A stretch of 61,858 nt of DNA, counting the filler, from Platydemus manokwari (Eukaryota), in NCBI GenBank assembly GCA_037951405.1. It is 5 parts of 5 records of this genome, joined end to end, with 100 filler letters (N's around TTAATTAATTAA, not from the genome) between each part and the next. Parts side by side here need not be neighbours in the genome. Positions count along the whole stretch, not along the records: positions 31,950 to 41,330 come from JBBMOY011256541.1; positions 41,431 to 52,006 come from JBBMOY011122886.1; 3 more parts are not named here. One strand, written 5' to 3'. Position numbers and translations under genes: made by a program. The notes under the pieces were generated by a model that saw only the letters and a program-made list of their open reading frames with translations, was not told the DNA's origin and made no database searches. Shown in pieces: positions 38,001 to 52,106 of this stretch (the stretch's first letter is position 1; every line of letters starts with the position of its first letter).

Positions 38001-41000
38001 AAACGTACATTTAATTTTATTCGTAATGATATTTTAGTTCAGAAATAGAATATTTTTAGAAACTTTGATAGATGGATTCATATAATTAATGTTTACTACC
38101 GTTTTGCTTACACACACACAAACACACACACATATATATATACGTTCCTAATTCTGGATTATAAATTATTGGATAAACAACTAATACAAGCGATGTTGTT
38201 GAACTTAATTTCGAACTCCATACAGATTGATTCAATATTGCAGAAATCGAGCAATTTATCAATGGAGATTAAAGAAAAATCGTTAAAAGAAATAGAATTC
38301 AAAAAAAGCTGTATAATTTTGGTGTATTAATAATTATTGACGAGTAATTATTTATTAGAAATATATCGGTGTATATTTTTATGGATACAAAACAAAAGAA
38401 AAAGCTTTCTAACGGATTTTAGGATAATAACTATTGAAGCATAACATTTTCGTGGAAGACATGATCCATAAAAAATTAAATATTTCCGTATTGATTAATT
38501 TATAGTTTTTTTACACAAAAATTCCGAAAAAAATCATATTAAAGAAATATGATTTCTTGTTTCCCTATCCTATTCAACCCAGTATTGGAGTAATTGCGTT
38601 TGGTTGTGCTAAGACACAATTAGAATACTTAATTAAATGACTTATAACAAAAATTAGGTTTACAACAGTTTATTGACATATCCCATGAAATCGACAGCAA
38701 TTTTAAATACAAGATTTCCTTCATTTTTTGTATCGGCATTTTATAATCTCTTATTTTTAATTAATCTAAATGCATGGTTTATTAGCCAGATCGTTCTGAT
38801 GCATAGCTGTTGATCAAAGAGCATTGATACTTCCAATGCTACAAATCGTAAACAAATTTATTATAAACAATATGATCTTAATGGAATAAATTCTAAAGTC
38901 TTTTATTGTAGATTTAATTGAGCGAAATTAAAAATAGATTTGTTGTTCATTATAATAATTTTTTATCAGCTGAAATTTTAGAAAGTGAAGTCTATAAATA
39001 AACCAATCACTTTCTCAGAAAACAAAATATTTGATTAAAAGTCCAAAACCGTTATTGATGTCAAAATAAAAATAATTTGTCGAGTAGCAGACAGAAAAAT
39101 ATTTTTAATTATATTTATTAGAAAATTAGATTAGTTCTCTTTACGAAATGATTCATTCGTAGATGAATGGCAGACAATTGTCTAGAATCATTCAATAATT
39201 CGAATGATCATTGATTACGGCATATATCAGTGTAGATACCTCAACAATACTGATTGATATGAAAACAAAATATTAGTCAGTTTAAACAAGAAATTGTTTC
39301 CCTTGATTTAGACCGTTAAAATCATTATTTCAAGAGATAACAAATATATTACCGCACACCAAATAGAAGTCAAAGCAATTTTTTAATTAAATTTTTTTAA
39401 TGAAAAAGTTGCAAAATTAATTGTTTTATTATGGATATATTTGAGGAAATCTCAATAAAATATTCCATAAATTCATTCACAATACTTGTCTTGACGATAC
39501 GATGAAACTAAACAGTTATCTGTTAAGAGTTTACGTCACCTATGAACTCAAACCAGATTATAAAATATGATATTGTCGAGGCAATTATTTCGGGGAATGT
39601 CTGTATAAATAATGTCATGTGATTATCTTAGATAAGGGGTAAAATGGAAATTAACGAAATGGAGAATAATTTAGAGCAATTTAGTATATAAATCGGAGAC
39701 AATTTGTATTGGGAAAAAATACATAAATAATTTAATAGTACTCTTACAAAATGTTAAAAGTATTATTCAACTTGCAAAGATCACATGTAAATCGATTACA
39801 CATATGACCGCACAAACAGGATATGGGCCGACAGAAATCGGCTTACTCACACCACAATCTTTCACATTTCAATCATCGGTCTTGTCAGATAAAGTTGAAA
39901 GGAAATTTCATCATTAAACATTCTAGTCTCGTTGCATACACATTTAACTTTGTTAACCAATCAATGCCAAATTACCATGGCACACAAATTTAAAGCACAT
40001 TTTTGTTTAAAAAAATTTGAATTTGTTATTCTCCTACAACATAAATATTCATATTTATTTACCATATTTACTTTATTTCTCTTTTGTTCTATTATTTCTT
40101 TGTCAATTTAATGATTGCGAATTATTCTAGATTATTATCAGCAGTATCCAGTATGTTTGTGGAAAACAAAGCATTAAACTGAGCGTATAAAGTATTGAAT
40201 AAGCGTGCATAAAATTGAATTGAGTTTATCGTGATGGGAAAACATATTAATAATCCTAATGCTACTCTTATTCTTTTTTATAATTATTATTATTATTACT
40301 AATGATAATGTTTTGTTAATTATTATAATAATTATAATAAATTTATTATTTTAATCACCACTATTTATCACTTATTAATAGTTATTATTAATTAGCATCG
40401 ATATTTAAATTATAAATTATATTTTGTTATGGAATAAGAAAGAGATTGATGAAAAACGCATTTATTCTCCGAGGTCCAGTGTTCAGAGATTTTATAAACT
40501 TTTAACTTAATGAACACCTAAATTGAAATTATTTTTGATCAAATATAAGATTAAAGAGTCAAATGTTTATCGTATATTACTATTAAACAATAATCCATGC
40601 ACCAATACAAAAGTAAAACCATAAAACAAAATTCTACATGCCAACCAAATTTTATTTAGCAAATAATATCCTTTAATAATTATTATCGTAATAATAATTA
40701 ATATTACTATTATTAAACAAATAATATTTATAATAACATTATATATACATACATTAAATTATATATAATTTATATTTTATAAAAATTACTCACTTGGATT
40801 CAGTACTTTTATCACTATCAATAGAATTGGAACGAGAAGAATCAATGAAATCAGAATCGCTGGATACGCAATATTTTTCATTGTTAAATGTATCCAGTTC
40901 TTTCATAGTTTCATGATAATTGTTATTGTTATTAACGGGATTTATAAAATATTTAGTTGATTCGGGCGTAATTTCAGTCGACATGCCGGAGTTATGTTGA

Positions 41001-41011
41001 TCAAATATAAT
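32076..41011 (-). CDS. Internal part of an unidentified Ser/Asn-rich protein gene; exons 41011-40794, 36321-36206, 35147-35059, 33590-33563, 32771-32440, 32133-32076
   Basis: Every exon is bounded by AG and GT, the splice phases chain consistently (2, 1, 0, 1, 0) and the joined frame stays open (~280 aa). It contains HHRTIS, RIRSLS and RRAS kinase-site-like motifs. No domain was recognised, and the 28-nt exon is the least certain. Confidence 0.55.
35420..35625 (+). repeat. Dispersed repeat family, copy D (other copies at ~1525-1620, 2915-3007, 33970-34095, 43030-43135, 50981-51112, 51150-51447)
   Basis: Shared blocks AAAGATTTAATTCA.ATTTTATATAAAATT, TCGTGACTT and GCATCTGG..TCGATTCTGAGAA occur in both orientations on three contigs. 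Confidence 0.75.
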
Positions 41012-41330
41012 CTAAAAGTGAAGTGATTAGACTGAATTGATGAGTGATTGACAATTTGTGACGAATTTTATTTATATATTAATATTATTATTCATACATT
41101 ATTCGTTAACCATTTTACAGATGATCGATCTAATATTTAATTCGTCAAAAGGCAAATACAATATTAAAATATTCATTTTAAATTAAAACTTATAATAATA
41201 GCTAATATATTATTAGAATTATTCATTGTTATAAATAAATATATATGTGCCCCTGATTATGAAAGTGGTATAAGTCATATATTTCTTGTTTGGAGATATT
41301 AAGGGATTTGCATGTTAAAGAATTAAAAAA

Positions 41331-41430
41331 NNNNNNNNNNNNNNNNNNNNNNNNNNNNNNNNNNNNNNNNNNNNTTAATTAATTAANNNNNNNNNNNNNN
41401 NNNNNNNNNNNNNNNNNNNNNNNNNNNNNN
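41331..41430. other. Artificial contig spacer
   Basis: N44-TTAATTAATTAA-N44. Confidence 0.98.
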
Positions 41431-41553
41431 AAAAACGCGATGAAACATCATTAAAAATACCGCGATTATCATAAATATGTGTATCACTTAATTTTGTCAT
41501 AATGTTCTTGTGTTTCATAGTAAGCTTGGCGGGCCGTACTTTGGAGACCCCTG
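41431..41553 (-). mobile_element. One terminus of a hAT (Charlie/Buster-type) element or MITE, cut by the contig end
   Basis: The minus strand reads CAGGGGTCTCCAAAGTACGGCCCGC from 41553, a typical Charlie/Buster TIR. The adjacent 8-mer CTATACAC has the central TA typical of Buster target-site duplications. Confidence 0.7.
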
Positions 41554-44500
41554 CTATACACAACCAGAATAAACACACGTTCTAGTAACCAAACATATTC
41601 CTTCAAATTATCAATCTTTGATTGAACATCGATTGCCAATTGATGAAGCATAGTAATAACAACCAATAAACATCGAGATATGCCAATGGGAGATAGAAGA
41701 AAGTTTATCAGTAAGTTTGTTTCCAAACGGTTTTAGCAAATGAAAAGCAAAGGCAAACAACAAGTTAACGCACACGACAAATTATGTTTTTCAGAGTAAT
41801 TTTTATTTATACGAATTTTTTTTTAATTATAAATTTAATAATAATTTATAATAATTATTTATATATTTTGTAAAATAATAATAAATATCAAAGGTTTTTC
41901 AATAACGAATAAAGTTATCTAATTCAATGAGAAACGAATAAAATACAATAAATATCAGTCATTAGTTGAGAAAGAGAAATTCTCTGAATCATTTATTGGA
42001 ATGAAAAGTAAATCCATTAGAAAATTAAGTTATTAAAAGAAATTACTATAATTCCTCGAGATGAAAAAACAAGGAAATATCTGTCTTTTAGGAGAATAAT
42101 TCATTATAGGCAAAATGTTATAATTCTCTTGATCTTTGAATATGAAAACAAATAAATATCGAACAGTGATTATCTTTGAACAAGGATTAATATATTTGTG
42201 CCCCAAATAATGAGCATATATTATTTTGAATATTTCGTTCCAAACACTATTAAACGTTATTAAACTCCAAAACTCACGATAAACTAAAAACAAATGTCGA
42301 TGAATAAATTTAGACCCTTCATTGCTATATCCGTAAACATACTCTTTTTAAAAACAATAGGTCCCCATTATACGTAAATTACCGTTATTCTGTTCTACAA
42401 CTACATAATACGTACAATAAAATATGTCGAATACTTTATAAGTACCTAAAGATTACAATTTTCCTGACCCCTCACACGCGTATTATTCGATATTTTAAGT
42501 AACTTCTTATGTTAACGTAACCTAAACATGTATATTTTCAAACATTTTTTTTCGAAATTTTCCGTTTCTGGGTTATTGATATGGATTTTGGGATCATTGG
42601 ACTTTAGGACTGTGAGGATTTAAAAATGACTTGTATTTTTAAAGATTTTTGTTAGTTGCCAAAATATCTTCATCTTTAATATTCAAATCAAAAGCCATGT
42701 TTACAACAGAACAAAAAAATCTATTTTTCAATATATCGATTTTCGAACAAATTTTAAAATATTTAAAATTTATTTCCATCCGATTTATCTTCATTTTTAA
42801 TTCAAATTAAAATCCCCACATGTTTATATTACATCTTAATTTTTTTATTTAAATGTTTAATTTTACTAATTTTACTAATATTTTTAAAATTGAGACGTTA
42901 ACAGTAATTTTTTCAGCAAGATCATTTTATAAATATCGATATGGTATATTTATTTTTAATATAATTTTTTAAAAACATCTTTTAACTCAAATTTTTAATG
43001 ATTTTAATCTGATGTAAATTTTAATTATTTATAGTATTTTTAAATAAACTTCACAGATTTAATTCAGATTTTACATAAAATTATTTTAATTTATTTATAT
43101 AATTTTCTTTAAATATAAAATTTTCGGTCATGACTCGGTCATGATTCGTTTTAAATGTCTGCTTGATAAAGGTATTAGCCTGGGCAATTCAAATACTTTA
43201 GAACTATTGCCAATACCAGACCCAACGATTACTATAACTATAAAGCCATTTATGTGTTGAAATTGTGAAAGCAACTTAGATCCGAAGCAATATTATCTAA
43301 ATAACAATCAATTATGGTTCTTTTTCCAATTTCATTTTAGAACATCTGTGACGTTCTGGTTGGAAGTATTTTTAAATAAAAAAACATCTATTTTTTTGAT
43401 GGATTGAAGGCAGTAACAAAAAAGAAGACCAATTGTCCAAGTGTAAAACATTGACGAGTTTTAGTTTAGAAAAAATATCTAAATGTGTGGATATTTTATC
43501 TTTATTTTTCGACTGCATTATAAAATGTAACATTTTAATGTTTTTTCTCCAGTAGGAAACAATAATAATATTTTAGTTTACAAAAATCATTTTTTCTACG
43601 AATATTTTAGTGAATAACAAAGAATAATAATAAATGCTGAAATAAGCTCATAATCGTTCTTTTAGAACAACATAAAAATAGTTTCAAATGTAGTTTTAAA
43701 TATAATTAGCAGAAGTAGATAACTAGCATATATGTGATAAGAAATACGGAAAATTAGCTTTCATCATTAGAATAGAATAGGCTAAATATCGCAAGACAGG
43801 AAAAAATTTCCACACAGAAATTTCAGTTATTTTAATAATGTCAGTGAGGGTTATTGAGGGGTATTTTCACGTCAATTCGAAAACATAAATTTGCGGATTT
43901 ATCGATTTTTTAAAATGCAATCCAGTGAGTATTTTGATTATATACACTTGGTTTCGGTCCTAACTAAATTCCTATTATTACTATTTAGGAGCCAGTAAAC
44001 TGCCTATTCATAAAAAGTAAAATAAAAACAATTCCTGGTTTTTAAAATTAAATCATCGTTTATAACACTTTTATTCGTACAAATTTCAACAGTTTCATAA
44101 AACATTGTTAGTTTTGCTGAGGAAAGGTGAAATTCCACAAAAGAAAAACAATTTAATATCTTGGAAACCTTATTTAAGCTTTTGCATGACTACACAGCCA
44201 TAGCAAACAGCCAATCAGAGAGGACATAGATGGAAGATTCTGAATCGAAAGTGCACAGCATCACACGCATAGTGATTGATCAATCCCAATAGTACAAAAT
44301 CAATAAACCCAATTGGAAATTGAGAAATATAAGGCTAAATTACACAAATCTCAAGTATACATACAGATATAAAGATGGCCAACTGCCAGTTGAAAGCCGA
44401 GTATTATGACGTTATATATTGATTTATGAATTTTAGAGTTTTTTATGTACGTACTGATTAGTACGATTCAGTACTGTTTTATCAATGAAATTACAACTTT

Positions 44501-47500
44501 TGCGATTAATCTTATACGAATTCAATCAGGAAAATTCATTAATTTGAACAATTATTTTGATTTAACTTATTCAATTCTCAACAAATATTTACGGAAAGTT
44601 AATAATATCATGTCTTTTAAATCCACCTTTAATAATCACTTTTAAATTGTTAGTATTTTGGTCTTATATGACTGTTAAATCCTGTTGATTTTCACTAGTG
44701 ATTTTTCATAAATCCATCATAATTGGCAAAAGATTTTGACAGGCTTTAATCGCATTAACTTTGATTCCGGAATAACTTATCGAATGAAGAACGTTGAATT
44801 TCAAAAAATGTTTAAATTTTCTGAATAAATCAACAACACGTTCGAGAGCTCTTTTACTGATTTCATATGATTGGGTCTTGAATAATTAGTTTATCCAATA
44901 CAAGAGAATAAATATTAACTTGATATCGATTGGACGCATAATTTTCATCCAGAAAAAGAAGAGCACTATCAAAAAAATAAGTAAAATAAAAACCATATTC
45001 TTTATTTTTATATGTTTGACAAAATCTATGTCTTGTTCCACATTCATAACTGAGAATTAATACAAAATTAAACTTCCAGAGAAGACAAAATGTTAATAAT
45101 ATCATGATAAATGTGAGGTTTATAATTCACATAAGATTAAGAATATTTAATATTTATAATTAGAAAATTATCTTGCTCAAAACATTATTGTAATCTCTCA
45201 ATTTGTTAAAAATATTTTTTATAAAAATTTGAAAATTAAAATATGTGAATTTTAATTTCAAAAGAATGTTGAAAATAATCGAATATTTGTTTAAAATGGA
45301 TGTATTATAAAATATATTATTTGTGCGGTGAAATAATGTCTTTTGAATCAAACATGAAAAATGAAGAAGTTTTAGCAACCAACAATAAGGAATCTAATTA
45401 TCTAATGTCTATGTATATTAAAAACTATTAATTTTTATATCATTTTTAGATGAGAAAATATATTTTTCCTTTTAAATATGATAGATAAACCGATGGAATA
45501 TTAGATAAAAGTTAAATATTTGTGAAAATGAATTTTTCTTCATGATTTTCTGAAATTTGACCCAGAGAGGGCCGATAGTAGAGAGATTAAGTGAGACAAA
45601 CAGACAACTCTAAGGTAAGGTAGGTGGCAATTGTGATTTACTAGTATTGATAAAATTATTATTATTATCATTTGTATACTTTGTATAATAATCTCAAGAT
45701 AACAGAATTAATATTTTTCTTTCCCTCTATTTTAACCTCTTTCATAAGTTCCAATGACAGTTGGGTCGAATGTAAAAATGAATTCTTGTTTAGAAATTAC
45801 AGGAAAAAGCTTATTAAAACGGAATTCGAAACCTAAAGCATATCAAATTATATTTTAATAACAAAGGATTTACATAAATTTTAAGTATGAGACGTTGTAA
45901 GATGTCATGAATATATACAAATTCATAAAATGAATAACTCATCCCTTTTAAAGGCCCATACTACCACTTAAGCTATCCAAGAAATTTTAATTTCATTGAA
46001 TGGGGAATTTGATATTTACTTGATATGTTGAATTAAGTCCCTGGAATTTAAATGGTCTTTCATAATAGTAATTATTCTTCATAATTTTAAGAAAATCATT
46101 TCCATATCAATACCTGTATGTCTAAGGTAATATTTCTGACTCGCATGATAAATTCCTGCAAATCAATCTGTGTATTTTCCACTCTGATTTAATCTATAAA
46201 TGCAATTTCTTTCTTACTATATATTTTATCTTTGGCTCGATCTAACCGATAATTAGCTCTTAGAACTACATTGACTTCACCAATATTTTTGTGAGGGATC
46301 TAATTTCATTTCATTATCTTAGAAAGATTCATAGGAATCGAGTCTTTTAATTCAATATTTCGAAGAAGTGCTTCAAAAATTATCTACAAACCAATGCCTA
46401 AGGTTCCAAATTCTTTAATCATATAATTTATTGATATTTGAACATCTCCACAAACCATATTTTCTTACCTTTTCCGTTAGTTTTTTTTTCAATTTTTCTA
46501 CAGAATTCCTACTTGACAGAACATAAATTAAATACAGAACTAGGGTAAAAATAGAAAATCCTGGAAGTAAGCAATGTAGGAATGAAAGAAGATGTATGAA
46601 ATAAACAAATAATTATAAAATTTGTTTATTCCAAGACAAAATAATAAAATTGATCTAATTGCAGATCTATCACAAATCAGATAAACCTCATTACAAATGA
46701 TATTTGAATCATTTAATTTTAAATTTGTAGGTCCATTTTACAAAAAAAATCGAGCCAAACATTTAATACCTACTTTTGTGCATTGTCTTTATATTGAAGA
46801 AAATTGTAAATGTTTTATTTTGAATCACTAATATTGTGTAAAAAGAAAACCAGCTAGTTAATAGACTGACAAAAAAATTATTGTCAATGTGATTTATATT
46901 CATTTTTGATGATTTCAATCGGATATCAAGCATATTACATAGACACACTCAGACTCATCTGAATCTTTGAATCCTTATAAGTCATCTGAACCCTTGTAAA
47001 TAAATCTACCCTGGCTATGATGAAGCAAAGCTATCAATTTAGTTAATAATCCCAATCAATTGCCAGTTCAGTAGATCAATCTTTAAAACAATATAATTCC
47101 AACTCTGGATTTTATATTCATTGAAAAACAATTTAATTCTCATTCTTGATTCTGACTGATTTAGAAATTCTATTATTGTTTTATTGGTTATTTTAATTGA
47201 TTAATAATTCGATTAATTATTGTTGGGTTATATTTATGAATTATTTTATTTTATACTAGTTAATAATTTGATTGTTGATTGTTGTTTATTATTTCGAAAT
47301 AAAAGAGGAGGAATTAGCAGATTAAATAAAATAAATAAAAATAAACATAGGAAAATAATTGATTAATAGGGATAATTAAAAAGTACAGTATCAAATGACA
47401 GATGGGAAATGTAAAAAATTTATCTAATTAATTCGGCCACCGGAGAAGTCGATCACCACCTATCGTAAAACTACAAACAGAACACCATTAGCTTTATAAC

Positions 47501-50500
47501 AAAAACACAGAATGAAATCGCAAATTATCATACGCTTGTTGCGGAGAATTTTAGCAAAGAAAAATTAATAAGTTGAAGTTATTCAATAGACGGATTTATT
47601 GACAATAAGACTTATAGACAACAAAAAAATTTAAATTATGAGCCTAATCTTTTGCGCGGAGTAATATTGTTATAATTTTATTTAGCAGTTAATTTCCATA
47701 TGATTGCCAATTAATTTTTAATTTAAATTTAAATATTAACGACCAGCGCACTTCTTCTCTGTCCGCTTCGAATTCCCAGTAATCCACTTTCGTGGTGCTC
47801 TGGATATTGTTTATCAAAGTTGTCTTGTTCATTTTTAGTGTTGAATATTATACTTAATTTTTCTTCATAAACTTATTTACACAATATTGTCCTTTACAGT
47901 CTAGCTCATATTGAATATCGATTTGAGATTTAATATAAACTATAATATCATTAAGAGTTCAATGGTAATCATTGTTTAAACTGATTTTTAATTTTTAAAA
48001 GAATTACAATTTGGTTTTATTTAGATAGTTTTATACTCAGCCAGACCAGATCACAATTCAAGTAAATTAAATTAACATTAGACCTTTAGATAGATAGTTT
48101 TTCTGACAATGAAGTCTTCAAACTCACTATCGAAACCCCTGCCGAATCAAAAATATGTTAAACTAAAATTATTTCATATAAATATATTTTATACATCTAT
48201 TATACTTATTGGTGTGGAAAAAGTTATTTTAATTAATTTTAATTAATTAATAGCTTAATTCTGTTTATATTGAGTTAAAACAATATTTTTGAAGAACATT
48301 GATTATTCTAATTGAGATGATAAATTATATTTTGAATATTTCGTGAATTTTATTTGTGAAATAATTTTGATAATAGGAAGACAAGAAGTATTACTTCAAT
48401 CGTGTAAATTGAAAGACATTTATAAATAACTGATAAGATCTTTGTAATGATTTTTGTCGAAATTATCTCCATTTTTTCGGTTAAACGCTGATATTTATTG
48501 TTTATTCGATTGGTTAATTTTTCAATGAAATGTTCATCCAAAGAAATGCATTTGAACAAAGACTAGTCTACATTGGAAATATTGATTAAACCAATGTATT
48601 CGTTGACTTAAATTGAAAATTCAAGTATTGATGCAAAAAGAATTTAAAGTTTTGCTTAATATCATTATCCAATAATAAATTTACAAATTACAATTGGTAT
48701 GTCTCCAATTAACTATGGACGCAAATTTATATTTTTGAAATTTTATCCAAAGATATAAGGTATCACCCACTACTCCAAAATAAATATACTTAAAATTAAA
48801 ATTAATGAAATTTATTTATTTGTTGTCCAGTGACACAAAGGAATCTTCGATAAAAGGTAATTTAAACTACTTTTCTAATAGGTTAAAACCAAATAAAAAA
48901 TAAGAAAAAATTACTTCGGATACATTATCATAAATAAAATGTGAACACTTTTAAATACTTAATTTCGTGTATAATTTCGCACTCAAATTTTCTAACCGAA
49001 AGACTAAATTTTACTTTCAATAAACCTCATTGGTCAATCGTATGACTGTTAGTGTGTATGTGTGTATTTTAACCAAAATTCTAGGTCTATCTTTATTTAG
49101 ACCCATGTAACGTCACCGTTACTATGAATTGAGTTCTGCTTGATTTTTTTCATAATTAACTATCCATTTGATACATTTTCAGACGTTCCACTTGAATATT
49201 ATTGGAGCCAAAAATAAAATTTTCCGTTCAAAGTACAAATATAAAAGATATGAAATTCTTTAAATTATCGTATCTAATATTTATCTAATAAATTTATTTA
49301 GTAATATCCAATTATGAAAGACTTACTAAATTATTTTTTGATATAATCAATCTTAAAATTTCATTTTTAAAGATTTTTTAAAATAAAAGCCATTTTTCTA
49401 TGTAATTATAGGTATATCACGTATCTTTATATAAATGTCTTTTTTAAATGAAAATCAACAACATTCAATTTAATCAATATATTTTAATAATAATGGTTAT
49501 AAAGCCGGATTATATACACAAAAATATTCAACAAGTTTCCAAGAATGAAAATTAAATGTTTATTTTGAAATCCAAAATAATAAAAAGACTTGAAAATTTT
49601 AAGTATAAAAGACAATAACGTTAATTCAATTAAAATGAAGACATTAAACGAACTAAAGTATTGTTCGAATTAAAATTGGTTTTGGATTCTTTAAAGTATT
49701 CTTTATATAAAATAACGCAGTCGAAAAAAAATATGGAATACATTGATGATATATTTTTATTATTTGTAAGTTACCATTGTTTAAATCCATTAAAGAAAAC
49801 GGCTGAGACTCTGGAAGTTTTATTTATTTGTAAATGAAACCATCAATCTAAATGTGGATTACCCGATATTTAGCACTGGATTTGTCTCATTAAATGACAT
49901 TCATAATTTCCCTTTTACACCTTTCCAATTAGATAGAAGATCACTTTCATTCAACATGAAAAAAAACATCTTAAATTAATTATTTGCTAAAACCAAATGA
50001 GATTTGTTACAGAATCCTTTACATATGATGTCGACATGTGAACATTGAAATTTGTTAGTAACCAAAATTTGTTAGCGCACCAAAAAAAATTCGTAAAATC
50101 TTGTGCTGTAGTTGCAACGATAATTCGAATAATTTCCGTGTATTAAAAACGGTATAATAATAAATATCTCTGTATAACGTCGTCTTTGCAGGTTGCGACA
50201 GTTTCGAATGACGATTTTAAATGAAAATTTACAAATATTTTCGTTAGAATATGAGTAAATATATCAGGCAGATGTGTAGAAAAAAATTCCTGATAACATA
50301 TATCTCACTTAAGTTATGCGACGTTATTATTGGATGGAGAAAAATCAAAATCTTCTTTCGTGTTAATGTGTAAACATATATTTGCATTACATTTGTTGAA
50401 TAACAATTGAAAAAAGAATGGATTTCAATATCTATTTTTCATTTGAAAGTTTTAATTTTCAATAAAAGATTCAAGAGATATAATATTTTTAAATCGAAGT

Positions 50501-50980
50501 TACCAAATGCATTTCTCTCTAAAAATCATTTGGAAAATAAATCAAATATGTAGTAATCAGCTACAATTTTGAATAAACGATATAGTAATATAATTTAAAG
50601 AATGTTTTGGTCAAATAGTTCAAAAAAGTTAAATTAAATATGCACTGAAAATGAATTAAGAACTTAACCACAAAAGTATATTTAACTACAATGCTCGAAC
50701 AAATTTTCATCTTTTATTAACTTCATATTAAGATATTAATTAAGCAAGCCATTTCAAATTGTTTTGGAATCTAATCACATGAACATATGCATTTTTAGAC
50801 AAACACAAACAAATTTGTAAAAAAATAATTTTGTGTCTACAAGACCTACTCAAATAAATGGTTAACAGATAATCAAATCATTCAATGACCAGATCGCGAG
50901 AAATAATACTCCAATGAATGGCCTTAAAGATCATAATTACGGGAATAGAAATCGAAACTTCACGATTATGATTGCAGGTC

Positions 50981-51447
50981 GCGTTGAAAACGATTGAGAA
51001 GTCACGATAACAAATTATATATTTTAATACAATTATTTAAACAAAAAATATATTATTTTAAATAAAATATGATTTTATATAAAATTTGAATTAAACCTTT
51101 AAAAATTTAAAAATTCTCATATTTATTTATATAAAAAATCTCTAATTCTTCAATCTTCTTTATATTCTTTTTTGTAACTCCTTTATATCTTCTCTACGAC
51201 TTCTTTATGTTTTCTTTATCTTCTTTATATATTATCTATATATTCTCAATATCTTTCTCTTTATCTTCAATAATTTTCAGTCACTTATCTTCTCAGAATC
51301 GATTCCAGATGCGTGTTCACCATGTAGGTCGCTCCTATTTTATAAAGCATGCGTTGAAAACGATTTGAAAAGTCACGACAACAAATTATAAATTTAAATA
51401 CAATTATTAAAACAAATAAATATAATTTTATACAAAATTTGAATTAG
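50981..51447 (-). repeat. Two nearby direct copies of the dispersed repeat family, with a purine-rich tail (minus strand)
   Basis: GCGTTGAAAACGATT.GA.AAGTCACGA.AACAAATTATA occurs at 50981 and 51351; 51260-51447 is the reverse complement of 35420-35620. Confidence 0.8.
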
Positions 51448-52006
51448 AATTGACAGTCTAGTGATAAAAATGTGCTTAAAACAAGAGACTAAGATATTTA
51501 AGTATGTCTTTTTAATGATTCTGATTGTCTTTATACAGTACAACTTGCAATGATAAGCTTAATGTTTTATACATTCCAGAATTGTACGTTTTTTACCTGA
51601 AATGATTTGAACGAAAATAAAATTGATAAAAATAAAGATAATCGGGCGATTATAATCACATGCTATTATTTTATTATTATTTTACTATTTGATATTATAT
51701 AATTTCTATGATTATCTTCTTATTATTTATCTTTAATACAGCATCTATTGTTCAGTTTCAATAAATGAGGTAGGATAACAAAGCATAAGGCTGATTCGTT
51801 ATTAAAAATTCTATTGTTTAGAATTTTCTCATTATTTTTGAGATCGAAGTCTCTATTTTTATTGATATATCATAGCACTGAGATCAATTTATAATATGAA
51901 GTAGACCAGATTTTGATGCCTGATAAAGGAAAATAAATAAATAAATAATAAATCTACTTTCAATCAGGCAAATAAATAAAAACGAATTCAAAATTAAAAA
52001 ATGTTG

Positions 52007-52106
52007 NNNNNNNNNNNNNNNNNNNNNNNNNNNNNNNNNNNNNNNNNNNNTTAATTAATTAANNNNNNNNNNNNNNNNNNNNNNNNNNNNNNNNNNNNNN
52101 NNNNNN
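52007..52106. other. Artificial contig spacer
   Basis: N44-TTAATTAATTAA-N44. Confidence 0.98.

Noticed and set aside
44100-44400. Possible non-LTR RT fragment (LRKG..WKP)
   Set aside because: A single weak motif; cannot be supported by eye.
45950-47100. Coding-like decayed minus-strand sequence, possibly gag
   Set aside because: No diagnostic motif.
14057-52106. Recurrent palindromic TTAATTAATTAA flanked by Ns
   Set aside because: Artificial contig joiner. Gene adjacency across these gaps carries no biological meaning.
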